From Chiloscyllium plagiosum (taxonomy: Eukaryota), in NCBI RefSeq assembly GCF_004010195.1, contig NC_057719.1:52568608-52632607 (forward strand): a stretch of DNA of 64,000 bases, read 5' to 3'. The notes beneath the pieces were generated by a model. The model saw only the letters and a list, made by a program, of their open reading frames with translations, was not told the origin of the DNA and made no database searches. Positions 51,201 to 64,000 of this stretch are shown here, piece after piece. Both the position numbers and the translations under genes were made by a program. The stretch's first letter is position 1, and each line of letters begins with the position of its first letter.

Positions 51201-53689
51201 ATGGCCTTTTAATTAACAAACTAACGGCGCAGAATGCCAATTATACTATGAATAGCAGAAAATAAGTTAAGCGAAGCATTCAGATTTCAAACCTAATAAG
51301 TGGGCAACAGTTTGGTTTTGGAGAAGAGGTTTTATATTTGACTTCAGGATCCCAAGATCAGAATTTAATACAAGAGGGGTATTGCCTGTTCGCTGGCCTG
51401 TGTTAGCTTCCTTGGGCAAGGTCTGCCCGAAATAAATACCCATTAGATACTGAACAGGTCTTTCTTGTATCTTGGGACAATGGGTGGAAATGCTTCCCAT
51501 AAGAGTTGCCAAACAATCAGAGGCCAGCAAATCTTCATAGCCCATGCTCACCATGATTAGCAGTACCTGATGCCAGGAATAAACTCAGTAGGAACCTCAG
51601 ATCAACAAGAAACCAAAGGCACAAATAAGTGAGGATGCGATGGGGCTCACTGGGAGGAGAGGGCACTGATGAAGAGATATTAGAGGAGCAGAAGAAAGGG
51701 CAGGAGAGGTGGGTGTCAGCTGCATTCACCATCCTTTCTTCCTGATGCCAGGTCCCTCAGGATTGATTGCCTTTAAACAAACAGCCCCCAGAAATCCAGA
51801 ATATTCAGCAGTTATTTAATTGAATCAAGCATGATACTTATTAACAAAATAGCAAAGGAGATTCCATGCAAATGTTCATAATGTCGTCGATAAAACAAGT
51901 CAATCTTAAAACTGTGAATCTTTGTAGTTGTCCGAATTGAAATAAAGAAACCATTGGAAGTGCTTAAAAAATGACCTTTTAAAATAATCCTGCTTCAACA
52001 TACAACTGGTATTATGCCTACCAGCTTGTAAATCTTGGCTGTCTTGCTCAAAATCTGAAAACTCTCTGGAGACATGCTGTCAATGAGCTTCTTTGTGGCA
52101 GCAGGGCTGCTCAAAACCTGCTCCTGCTCCCAGGCCTGTGATCAGAAAATGGGGGAGAACTGAAAAAAAGTGAGATTTTTTGATTTGGAAAGGGAAGATT
52201 CTGATGTATAAGTCAAAATCAGAGATCACAAGGAAAAGAAAAAATGTATTTTCTGTGTTTCAGATGTGACCCTGAACAAATATGTTGTCTATAGTTTAGG
52301 GAGGTGGAATCTCAACAGCTTGGTCAATACTCACCAATTACAAGAATGTCAACCAAACTTGGAAAGAGAATTTGCATACTATTGAGTTGTCTTTCCCTCT
52401 CACTGATGGCATCTTGTTTTATTCTCTTAAGGAACTTATGATAATTTGAAATTTCAACCCTACAGTGAAACAGAAGCAAAAGGTTACATCTTTCCAGAAA
52501 AATTTAGGAATAATACAACAAAATGTCTGCAAAGATATAGTGAAACACATCACAAAAGAGCATTAAAAGGCTATGGAGGGATAATAGCATTGTTATCCTT
52601 TTATCAAACTTACCCATATAATTTTACATATGTACTAATAGAACAAATGTGTGAATCCCTACCAGTAACTAAGAGTACCACAGTCTAAATTCAATGTTGG
52701 GTGTGTCTCTGAAGAATAAATTAGCTACAAGATAGAAGTCAATCTCTTTCAGAACGTGATTGCTACCATTTGAATAATCTCTCAAGAAAACAGAACCTGA
52801 ATTGAATGTTTTGACTTGCATTTGTCACTCCAAAGCTTGGGGGCCTGAGGCTGGCTCAGTACTGAATTCAACATTGTGTCAGAACCCAGAGGCTTGTCAC
52901 AACCGCGGGGATTATGGTTGATTACACCAGTAGTGGAGGGTTGGAGGGGTGGGGGGAGGTGGTTTGCCATAAAGAGAATGACATACTGTGTTAACAATAA
53001 TTGGGCAATAATATCACTGCAGCCAGGATAATCCAGAGCATTTTTTCTTTCAAAACTCTTCTTTCAATTTTCTATGTTTGAGTCATCAAGATCAATATTT
53101 CATTTCCCACAAAATGGTCTTCAGTGAGTGTGAAGGTTGTGTTGGGTTGTTTCTACAAGGGGAGATAAATTATCCAGTAATTGTGAATGGGTAGAAGGTT
53201 AGCCTGTACTTTTATACAGTATATGTTGGTAGATACAATCATTTCTTCATGAGCAAACTTAGAAGCCAATGAAGAGCATAAAATATTTGTTCAGATCGCA
53301 CATACAGAGAGTAAGTCACAATACACTACGCAAGTATCAACACTTCATTATTTTCAACAAAACATTTGTATAAGCAAAAGTTCAGAGAAATGTCACGTAC
53401 ATTAATTGTGCTGACCACATGCTGGCACATTAAGAGCAATTTAGTTGCTGCTATTGACCCACTCTTTCCCTGTTACTCTGCAAGTGTTCCCTGTTCAGGT
53501 GTTTATTCAACTCCCTTTTGAAAAGGAAAATTGCATTGAATTTAGACCAAACTCACAAATGTTTCCAACTTACTGTGTTTTCTGGAGTGCTGCTGTACTT
53601 TGTCTGTCAGCAGAAGTTTTAGTTATTGCTGGGGACACATACATTGTGCTATTAGTATAAACTTATAATTCTTCAAAGACACTTACAGA

Positions 53690-54030
53690 GAGTCCATTCC
53701 AGATTGTTACCACTACCTGCATAAATCTTTCTTCATGTTGCCATTGGTGCTTCTGTCAATCACCTTAAATCAGAACTCTTTCGTTCTTAACTCTGTGACT
53801 AATGCAGACAGTTTTTCTCTGTATACTCTGTGGAGACCCATCATGATTTTAAAAATCTCTCTCACATCTTTTCTTCATCTTCTCTTATTTTAAGAAAACA
53901 ATCCAGCCTCTCCAATCTATCTATGTAATTAAAGTTGATCATCCTGAAATCATTCTTATAAATCTTTTCTGTATATAGTCTCAAGTCATTGTACTCTTCC
54001 GAAAGCCTAGTGCTCTGAATAGGATTCAGT
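53690..54030 (-). mobile_element. Old CR1 fragment
   Basis: Degenerate antisense RT C-terminus (ccatcatgattttaaaaatctct). Confidence 0.65.
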
Positions 54031-54315
54031 AGGTTGAATTTAACCAGAAATCAGCAAAGTGTCAACTTTGGTGAGTTTCATTGATGGGTTCTCTCCATGA
54101 GGCCTGCAAGATATCTCATGCTATTTTTGAAACTGTGCACCACGTGTTATAGTGCTCCACTCAATGTATCTTCCCTCTCGTTGTGGGTGGAAGTATTCAC
54201 TACCGCCAGGATCTCCTGGGATTCCAGGTGCTGGCATGATATTTATAACATTGTTGTGAACCAGATCTAATACTGTCTGTCTATATCTGCCCTGCATAGT
54301 TTGTGCAAATTGACA

Positions 54316-54480
54316 GCCTGTTTTGATGATAGGAACTTGGAGGCCCTAGTGGATGGGATGGTGCAGAGGATGAATGTCCTTTTCCCCCAGGGCTAGCAGA
54401 GGAGTCCACCTCACCCGGTGTTGTCAGACTGGCCACCAGGGTTAGGGCAATACCACTGGTCTGGAGGAATGAGCGGCCAT
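54316..54480 (+). mobile_element. Myb/SANT (Harbinger accessory protein, NAIF1-like) remnant
   Basis: ACFDDRNLEALVDGMVQRMNVLFPQG* resembles the N-terminal F-S/T-x-x-E-x-x-x-L-(V/L)...R-x-x-V-L-F pattern of Harbinger Myb/SANT proteins. Confidence 0.55.
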
Positions 54481-55610
54481 GTCACTGTCTCTGCTCACTG
54501 TGTGGGTAAGTACCATATACTTCTTTCTGCTAACTTACACTCACTCTATCTCTGCTACTACACACAGCTCCCACCAAGGGTCATGGCTACAACTCTCACT
54601 ATTGTCTGCAAAAGTTTCCCCTTCTCATTCTCACCCACCTAATCCTCCCACACTGCCAACTCTGCATGGTGCTGCCTACTCACTGAATTGGGCCACGTCA
54701 CCATCTTTCTCCCATCTGCACCAGCCATTTTCACCTCCCTTACTCCTCCTCTTTGACTCATTGCAGGTGAAAGTGGCCCACAAAGGGCAGAGAGCAGTGG
54801 GGTGCCATACATTAGGCTCCTCACTCCCGATGAGAAGAGGATCCCAGCCTTGGCTTGTGAGGACTGCAATAATTCCTGTGGAGATGCCAAAAGATCCATG
54901 CCTTGACAATCAAAGAGGAAACATTGTTTGTTATTGTGCTGCAGTCCCCTTATTGCTATTGTGAATATACTCTTAAAATGGTCAAATTCCTACTCCTGAA
55001 AACAAACTGATCCTGATAGCCACCGATGATTTTCAGTAGACAAGCTCAGGACTGACTTTGCTCACTCCCTTGACCAACTGGACAGACAGCCCTAACTGAT
55101 GACTGACTAAACTCTTGACTCATCAGAATCCCGACTAATTTACCATAACTCCCTAGAATGATTGCACGAGACTTGTAGAACTAACTGGACTGAAGACAAC
55201 TTCCCTTAGACATTGAGACTTGCCCATTTGGTTGAAGCACATGCAGTATGTTTGCCACATAGCCTGTGTGAATAAAGTACAAGTGCAAGGTTGACAGCTT
55301 GGTGCCATTTATCAATATATCCAACTCCTTCACAGATGATTGCTGATTTATATAACAAGCTCCCTAGCTTTGTGCTTCTACCAGGGTAAGTCAAGACAGA
55401 AATGCTGTGAGCCTTTAAGCTCTAACTGAGGGCTTGTATTTGGTTGACGCTAGCCTCACAGAAACATATACATTTTAAATTTGGTAATAACATTTACAAC
55501 TTGGTAATAAATAAAGATATTTTTAAGTTAATCAATCTGGTGGAATGTTGTGATAAAGCAACTACATGTTGCACACAATGCCAAAAAGGGCAAATTTTAA
55601 AATTGCACTT

Positions 55611-55880
55611 TTTAGATTAGATTACTTACAGTGTGGAAACAGGCCCTTCAGCCCAACAAGTCCACACCAACCCACAAATTTACCCCTTCACTTAACACTA
55701 TGGACAATTTAGCATGGCCAATTCAACTGATCTGCACATCTTTAGAGTGAGGGAGGAAACCCACACAGACACAGGGAGAACGTGCAGACTCCACACAGTC
55801 AGTTGCCTGAGGTGGGAATTGAACCCGGGTCTCTGGCGCTGTGAGGCAGCAGTGCTAACCACTGTGCCACCGTGCTGCCC
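55611..55880 (-). mobile_element. HE1-like SINE
   Basis: Well-preserved head gggcagcacggtggcacagtggttagcactgctgcctcacagcgccagagacccgggttcaattcc on the minus strand; same tail as 11167. Confidence 0.92.
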
Positions 55881-56639
55881 ATTTCTTAAATATGCTCCCA
55901 AAACATGAGCTTTGAATGCAAACTGACATTACCCTTAAATTCATCAGCCCCTATGTTCCATTATTGAACTAACTGAATGTTGAACTGTCCAAATTTGCTT
56001 TGGCTGAATGCTTCCAAAGCACTTGAGGCTTTTAAAAGGACTTACAAAAAGAGTGCCAGCTCTATTTTCACATCCAGATGAAATGCCACGTGGACAGATT
56101 AGAATTTGATATGTGGACAGGTGCGGACTATAATGAAGCTGATGTGTGGAAGATTGGGAAAGAACTGAAGTGGTCAGCAAATTGATCATAGCCTCAGAAG
56201 CTACAATATTAATTTAATGGCTGAGACTACCTAGAAGCTATAGGTCAGGGGGATAAGATGCTTCTTGAGTTGTTTTAAGACAGAAGGAAAGAGGAAAGAG
56301 AATTGCAAAAGCATGCATTTAATTTTGTGCAATTCAATTCAACAGCAATTTTTAAATTCTGCCCCTTTTGTAACTGCAATAAAAGACCAGGTTGCCAGTT
56401 GCCCTCACTTGTTTAGCAATATCACCTTGTACCACTGGCACCTAGACCAGTGTTTGTAAGAAGTAGAAAGTTAAGTCTTCAGTCAGCTTTCGGTAGAAGT
56501 TGAACTATTGAAATGGAATGACTATTAATTACAACTGAAAACATGGGCATGATAGCCAGGATATGTGTTGATTCTGGCATTATATTTACTATGAGAGGAT
56601 TTTGGGTAATCCAAGATAGAGGTCAGGAAAAATTTGTGG

Positions 56640-57275
56640 CTGTAAGAGCTGCCCCTTTTTTGAAGTATTTTAGGTATTGGAGGTGATTTCCTTGAATTCC
56701 AGGAGCAGTCATAACTGTTTTATAAGCTGATGTGTTGTTTTGGAAGATTTGGTGTAAAAGATCAACACAATGGCACTTTAAAAAGGAGGAAGAGAGACAA
56801 AGGCAGAGATCTCATGGTAAAATCATAAAGTACATAGATAGGGTAAATAGACAAGGTTTTTTCCTTGGGGTGGGGGAGTCCAGAACCAGAGGGCATAGAT
56901 TTAGGGTGAGAGAGGAAAAGATTAAAAGGGACCAAGTGGCATGGTGACTCAATGGTTAGCACTGCAGTCTCACAGTGCCAGGGACGCTGGTTTGATTCCA
57001 GCCTCAGGCGACTGTCTGTGTGGAGTTTTCACATTCTCCCTGTGTCTGCATGAGGTTTCCTCTGGGTGCTACACTTTCCTCCCACAATCCAAAGATGTGC
57101 AGGTTAGATGAGTTGGCCATGCTAAATTGCCCATAGTATTCAGGAATGGGTAAGTATAGAGTAATGGGGAAGATTGTAGGGGTTCTATGAAATTCTAAGG
57201 GGCAATGTTTTCATGTATGGAATGAAGTGGTGGAGGCTGATACAGCCTTTAAAAGGCATCTGGATGGGTATATGA
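56640..57275 (+). mobile_element. CR1 5'UTR-like segment abutting a CR1 3' fragment
   Basis: 56714-56808 matches the reverse complement of ~26300-26396; DRVNRQGFF..RTRGHRF follows directly. Confidence 0.65.
56936..57195 (+). mobile_element. HE1-like SINE nested in CR1
   Basis: gtggcatggtgactcaatggttagcactgc head and gactgtctgtgtggagtttt core. Confidence 0.88.
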
Positions 57276-59610
57276 ACATAGAATGTTACAGCACAGTATA
57301 GGCCCTTCAGCCCTCAATGTTGCACCGACCTGTGAAATTAATCTGATGCCCAATTAACTTACGCCATTCCATTATTACCCATATGTATGTCCACTGCCCA
57401 TTTAAATGCCCTTGGTGTCGGCAAGTCTACTACTGTTGCAGGCAGGCCGTTCCACACCACTACTACTCTCTGAGTAAAGAAACTACCCCTGATATCTGTC
57501 CTAAATCTATCACTCCCCAATTTAAAGCTATGTCCCCTCATGTTAGCCTTCACCATCTGAGGAAAAAGGCTCTCACCGTTCACACTATCTAATCTTCCAA
57601 TTATCCTGTATGTCTCGATTAAGTCACCTATCAACCTTCTTCTCTCCAACGAAAGCAGCCTTAGTTACCTCAGCCTTTCCTTGTAAGACCTTCCTTCCAT
57701 ACCAGGCAACATCCTAGTAAATCTCCTCTGAACCCTTTCCAAAGGGTTTTGGTGGAAAAAGATCAAACCTTTTGATCCTTCCTAGAATGCAGTGACTTCC
57801 ATTATTACCCATATGTATGTCCGCTGCCCATTTAAATGCCCTTGGTGTCGGCAAGTCTACTGCTGTTGCAGGCAGGCCGTTCCACCCCACTACTACTCTC
57901 TGAGTAAAGAAACTACCCCTGATATCTGTCCTAAATCTATCACTCCCCAATTTAAAGCTATGTCCCCTCATGTTAGCCTTCACCATCTGAGGAAAAAGGC
58001 TCTCACTGTTCACACTATCTAATCTTCCAATTATCCTGTATGTCTCGATTAAGTCACCTATCAACCTTCTTCTCTCCAATGAAAGCAGCCTTAGTTACCT
58101 CAGCCTTTCCTCGTAAGACGTTCCTTCCATACCAGGCAACATCCTAGTAAATCTCCTCTGAACCCTTTCCAAAGGGTTTTGGTGGAAAAAGATCAAACCT
58201 TTTGATCCTTCCTAGAATGCAGTGACTACAACTGCATGCAATACTCCAGGTGCAGCCTTACCAGTATCTTGTACAGCTGAAGCATAATCTCATGGCTCCA
58301 AAACTCAATCCCCCACCAATAAACGTCAGCACACCATATGCCTTCTTAGCAACCCTATCAACCTCTGTGGCAAATTTCAGGGATTTATGCACCTGGACAT
58401 TATGATCTCTCTGTTCATCTACACTGCCAAGAATTTTACCATTAGCCCAGTACTCTGCATTCCTGTTATTTCTTCTGAAGTGAACTACCTCACAATTTTT
58501 CACTTTAAACTCCATTTGCCACTCCCTGCCCAGCTCTGTATTTAATCTATGTCCCTCAATAACCCACGACATCCTTCGGCACTATCGACAACTCTGCCTA
58601 CCTTAGTGTCATTCGTAATTTTACTAACCCATCCTTCTATGCCCACCTCCAGATTATTTATAAAAATTACAAACAGCAATGACCAAAACAGACCCTTGTG
58701 GCATACCATTGGTAACTGAGCTCCAGGATGAACATTTCCCATCAACCACCACCTCTATCTTCTTTCAACTAGCCAACTTCTGTTCCAATTTGCTCAATCA
58801 CCTTCAATCCCGAAACTCCGTATTTTGTGCGCAGCCTACCATGTGGAACCTTACCAAATGCCTTACTGAAATCCACAAACACCACATCAACTGCTTTACC
58901 TTCACCCACCTGTTTTGTCACCTTCTCAAAGATCTCAATAAGGTTAATTAGGCACGATATACCCTTCACAAAACTGTGTTTACTATCCCTAATCAAATGA
59001 TTGCTTTCCAGATGATTATAAGTCCTATCTCTTATAACCTTTTTCAACACCTTACCTACAACTGAAGTAAGGCTCACTGGCCTATAATCATCAGGGTTGT
59101 CTCGACTCCCCTTCTTGAACAAGGAAATAGCATTTGCTATCCTCCAGTCTTCTGGCACTACTCCTGCCAACAATGATGACATAAAGATCCAAGCCAAAGG
59201 CTCTGCTATCTCCTCCCTGGCTTCCTAGAGAATTTGAGGATAAATCCCATCCGGCCTACTGGTTTTATCTGTTTTCAAATCTTCCAAAACTGGTAAAACC
59301 TCCTCATTGTCAACCGTAATCCCATCTAATCTAGTATCTCTGTATTCTCACTAACACTGCCCTTTTCCAATGTGAATATTGACAAAAAGTATTCATTAAA
59401 TGTTTCCCTGTGTCCTCAGACTCCACACATAAACTTTCCACTACTATCTTTGATTGGCCCTAATCTTAATCTTGTCATTCTTCTATTCCTAATATATCTA
59501 CAGAAGGCCTTAGGGTTTTCCTTGATCCTATCCGCCAACAACTTCTCATGTCCCCTCCTGGCTCTTCTTAGCCCTTTCTTTAGTTCTTTTCTAGCTAATT
59601 TATAACTCCC
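57275..59610 (-). mobile_element. CR1 LINE with an internal 430-bp tandem duplication
   Basis: VPEDWRIAN..YRPVSLTSVVGK and DFSKAFGKVPH; two near-identical MERRRLIGDLIETY ORFs. Confidence 0.93.
57367..58226. repeat. Tandem duplication, 2 x 430 bp
   Basis: attattacccatatgtatgtcc at 57371 and 57801; about 7 substitutions by eye. Confidence 0.93.
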
Positions 59611-59679
59611 AATTTCAAAAAAAATTTCTTTTGTTTAAGGCTCAGTTAGGGCGCTTGAGAGTTAAAAATAATAATAAGG

Positions 59680-59950
59680 AAGGAATTAGAGGGATATGGG
59701 CCAAGTGCTGGCAAATGGGACTAGATTAGTTTCGGATATCTAGCTGACATGGACGATTTGGACTGTGTTTCTGTGCTGTACATCTCTATGATTTTATGAC
59801 TCTATTGAAGATTTAAAGGCTTCATTGGTATTTTTTGGGTAGTATAAGAAAGGCTTTTGAGTTAGAAGGTTAGCCACAATCTCATCAAAATAGGCTCAAA
59901 GGGCCAATTGGTCAACTCCAGCTCCTGTTTCTTATGTTTTCATATTCTTA
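59680..59950 (+). mobile_element. Two short CR1 3'UTR tails
   Basis: gagggatatgggccaa..tctatgattttatgactcta and ..ctcctgtttcttatgttt. Confidence 0.65.
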
Positions 59951-61604
59951 TTTATTAACAGTACAAATGCAGTCTGGTCTAAATAATCTTTTTTTAAAAA
60001 AAAATGGATATTAATATCTTTTCTCTTCGTGTGGTTTTCACAAATATGAATATATTAATATTAGGGAAGAACTTTACTAGGTTCCTAAAATTTTTATCTT
60101 CATACGTTTACAATAAATTTCTAAACTGTATCTTCTAATACTCAGTATAAAACTAAGTTGAATTATTTTTAAATGTCCAGTAGAATATAAGCCGGGTTGG
60201 TTGTCAAAATTCATTTTCAAATGCATTACTTGTTTACATTTGGGTGGGCTGTGAAATAAACAACCTCGTCTTGCTGCTGCCGATTTTCCACAAAAAGCAT
60301 TCTGTGTCTAATGAAAGGTACTTTTATTTTACCTGCAACCTAAAGAACCAAGATAAACGCTATTTGAAAGTAGTAAATGCAATATTGGTCGCAATCTGTC
60401 AAAAAAGATTTTATTGCCATGTTGCAATCATTGCGAATTTGATGGAGTTCTATGATTTCCTGCAGAAACAACTTGATACAAAAACTCATCTGTCTTACCT
60501 GGCACTCTGAAAAGCTTAATTGCAGTGTCAGTGAAATGACGTGTGTGCATAAATGCAATCTGTACAAAATGTTTGCAAATTCAGGCCTTGGTGATAGTAA
60601 TCAAAAAGAAAGATTGTGTCCATTGGACAGGCACATTCATCTTCCTCCTATCAGCATTGTTGACGTGGCCATGCCCTAATACATGAATTGCTAACATTTC
60701 CAATGCCTTGAAGCCTTACATTAATTTTACCAACTGCAAATCAGTTGCTAAAACACTTTTTTTTGGCTTTGAATAAATCAAAACAAATGCATCTCACACA
60801 TCTCTGAGCAGGGGACTGAATTCTCAATGAGGTTGGGATCACACATTATTAATTTAATGGGCTTGTCAGATGTCACCTCATGTACAAATTCTGAACCCAA
60901 GTCTGCTTGCTGCAGAGACAGCACAACTATCATTTGTGTTTGAATGGGAAGTTATGTATTCCAGTTTGTTCTCCCAATCAGTTTGCTGTTACCACTCCTT
61001 TGAAGAAATCATTTAAGGCTGGGAAATCACTCATTAATCAACAAATCATGCTCTGTTAGCACTGTGTTTCATTTGCAAATGTCTTATTTTCCATAGCAAC
61101 AATAGAATACGTTATATAATCTAATTCACGTGATTTGGACTGGAAAATTAAATAACACTTGCAATCCTGTACAATATGGAAATCTCCCTTATTTTCTGGA
61201 AGAGTTTACAAGCCTACTCTCTGTAATAACCAGTGGACAGAGCTTTATCCCACAAATAAGATAAAAGGATAAGTAAGTACTCACCACCATTGAAAATTAT
61301 TTAAGGAAGAGGTGATACATTTATTAACTAAAATAAAGAAACAAAGATTTATAGTAAATAAGAAAAAATGGAGAATGAGATCAGTCTCTACTAATGGTGG
61401 CATCACTTGCTTGAAGATTCTCTTCCCTGAAAATTTAAATACAGAATTCAGCAGCTGTGATGTCTTATGTGGTCGAATAGTGGGAGTTTGCTCCGTGCAG
61501 TAAGCTGAGCAGTACAGGTCTTGAGAGTAAATGAAAACTCTTTTGTTTCATTCTTATGGTTAAGCAGATTGTGCCTCTGAGTACAACAATCCCTTATGCC
61601 TTCA

Positions 61605-62875
61605 AAGTACAAAGAACAAAGAAAAGTACAGCACAGGAACAGGCCCTTCGGCCCTCCAAGCCTGCACCGATCCAGATCCTCTATCTAAACCTGTTGTCTA
61701 TTTTCCAAGGATCTATATCCCTCTGCTCCCTGCCCATTCATGTATCTGTCAAGGTACATAGAGTCATACAGTCATACAGATGTTTAGCACATAAACAGAC
61801 CCTTCGGTCCAACCCGTCCATGCCGACCAGATATCCCAACCCCATTTAGTCCCACCTGCAGCACCGATCTCTCCAAACCCTCCATACTATTCATATACCC
61901 ATCCAAATGCCTTTTAAATGTTGCAATTGTCCCAGCCTCCACCACTTCCTCTAGCAGCTCATTCCATATACGTACCACCCTCTGCGTGAAAGAGTTGCCC
62001 CTTAGGACTCTTTTATATCTTTCCCCTCTCACCCTAAACCTATGTCCTCTACTTCTGCACTCCCCGGTCCCAGGGAAAAGACTTTGCCTATTTACCCTAT
62101 CCATGCCCCTCATAATTTTGTAAACCTCTATAAGGTCACCCCTCAGCCTCCAACGCTCCAGGTAAAACAGCCCCAGCCTGTAGCTCAAATCCTCCAACCC
62201 TGGCAACATCCTTGTAAATCGTTTCTGAAGCCTTTCAAGTTTCACAACATCTTTCCGATAGGAAGGAGACCAGAATTGCATGCAACATTCCAACAGTGGC
62301 CTAACCAATGTCCTGTACAGCCACAACATGACCTCCCAATTCCTGTACTCAATACTCTGACCAATAAAATAAACATACCTAACACTTTCTTTACTATCCT
62401 ATCTACCTGCGACTCCACTTTTAAGAAGCTATGAACCTGCACTCCAATGTCTCCTTGTTCCGCAACACTCCCAAGGACCTTACCATTAAGTGTATAAGTC
62501 CTGCAAAGATTTACTTTCCCAAAATGCAGCACCTCGCATTATCTGAATTAAACTCCATCTGCCACTCCTCAGCCCATTGGCCCATCTGGTCAAGATCCCT
62601 TTGTAATCTGAGGTAACCTTCTTCACTGGTGTCATCTGCAAACTTACTATCTACTGTATACCTCTTATGCTCGCATCTTAAATGACACTATCATGCCTGC
62701 CCCTACCACTTCCGATGGCAATGCGTTCCAGTCTCCCACCACCCTTTGCCTAAAGAATGTTCCACGCATATTTTCCTTAAACTTTACCCCTCTCACCTTG
62801 AACTCGTGACACCTAGTAATTGAGTCCCCTGACTCTGGGAAAAAGCTTGATGCTATCCACCCTGTCTACACCTTT
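61605..62875 (-). mobile_element. CR1 3' end (61605-61757 + ~62673-62875) with a second CR1 (~61758-62672) nested in it
   Basis: The host sequence ..tgtcaaggtacat|..|catcttaaatga.. is split by a copy with an (agtcatac)n tail and RPLLECCMQFWSP..RGDLIEVYKIMRG. Confidence 0.88.
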
Positions 62876-63066
62876 CACTATACCTTCCTTTTTATCCCAT
62901 TGAGAAGCAGTAACTGTTTAAAGATGCTTCTGTCAAGATATTCAGATGAGTTCTCCTGAGATCTCTGCACAAAATAGCTGCTCATAGATAAACTTGTGTG
63001 CAGTTCAAAATTTTAAATAGCTCCTATCCCGGAATTGTTGGATCACGTTGATATTAAACGTTGGAT

Positions 63067-63508
63067 TAGAACATAGAACATAGAACAATACAGCACAGAA
63101 CAGGCCCTTCGGCCCACGATGTTGTGCCGAACTTCTAACCTAGATTAAGTACCCATCCATGTACCTATCCAAATGCCGCTTAAAGGTCGCTAATGATTCC
63201 GACTCTACCACTCCCATGGGCAGCGCATTCCATGCCCCCACCACTCTCTGGGTAAAGAACCCACCCCTGACATCTCCCCTATACCTTCCACCCTTCACCT
63301 TAAATTTATGTCCCCTTGTAACACTCTGTTGTACCCGGGGAAAAAGTTTCTGACTGTCTACTCTATCTATTCCTCTGATCATCTTATAAACCTCTATCAA
63401 GTCACCCCTCATCCTTCACCGTTCCAACGAGAAAAGGCCGAGAACTCTCAACCTATCCTCGTACGACTCCCTCTCCATTCCAGGCAACATCCTGGTAAAT
63501 CTTCTCTG
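63067..63508 (-). mobile_element. Young-looking CR1 3' end
   Basis: (tagaaca)n tail; uninterrupted MRGDLIEVYKMIRG..FFTQRVVGAWNALP..RHLDRYM; CpGs retained. Confidence 0.92.
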
Positions 63509-63509
63509 C

Positions 63510-64000
63510 AAAGCAGAGAAATGACATCCAGTGAGAGTGAGTAGACTGTTGTTGGGATGAGGTGAAGGAGCCTCTTGGCAAAACCACATCGTCTCCAACC
63601 TCATCCGTGTTGGCAGATGTCGTTGGTGATGGTGGGGAGGGCTAATGGAGGGGGGGGTGAAGAGGAGGAACTCAAGCGGCTGCTGCCTGCACCTGTCTTC
63701 AAAGGGACCACTTTCAAGAAGAGGTGGTGAGCTTTGCACCCAAGAGAGCATCACGAGGAGAGATCAGGGGCTTGTCCACACTTCCACCCACTTCCCCCTT
63801 GGCTCAAAGCTGAAGGCACTTGCTGAGATGCAAGTCCCTCAGTGCTGCCAGACTTCAAAATTCCTTTGGAGCTGCTTCTTGGGAGCTTTTTCTGACAGTC
63901 AAGTTCCCACCTCAAATCATGCTCTCGTCTGTGCTCAGCAGAAACCAGTTTCCAAGACGGGACCAGTTATCCGCATCAAGTGCAAACACTTACCTGTTCT
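63510..64000 (-). mobile_element. Probable RTE-type LINE 3' end, decayed
   Basis: Weak resemblance to the RTE C-terminal region; the frames are broken. Confidence 0.45.

Noticed and set aside
1..64000. CRISPR arrays, operons or prokaryotic defence systems
   Set aside because: The sequence is vertebrate-type repeat-rich DNA; there are no regularly spaced repeat-spacer arrays or gene-dense regions.

Overview
AT-rich eukaryotic, repeat-dominated DNA with no confidently identifiable host protein-coding exon, so it is either intergenic or inside a large intron. HE1-type V-SINEs plus dense CR1 LINEs point to an elasmobranch (shark/ray) genome; this is inferred from repeat content only. A large share of the window is decayed mobile DNA: many CR1 copies (some nested, duplicated or internally deleted), a Rex1/Babar LINE, two RTE LINEs, Harbinger transposase and Myb/SANT remnants, HE1 SINEs, a CpG-rich MITE, and one near-full-length Penelope-like element (RT + GIY-YIG). 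The ORFs I could recognise are pseudogenised retroelement fragments or their antisense frames. The most notable signal is a set of short (about 90-230 bp) Penelope-terminus-derived inserts. They are often palindromic, several have their own 10-18 bp target-site duplications, and they carry minimal hammerhead-ribozyme cores (CUGANGA-stem II-GAAACGUH) of at least three subfamilies. Penelope hammerheads are already known, so any novelty would lie in the independently mobilised mini-elements. Element boundaries are by eye and approximate unless a TSD is quoted.
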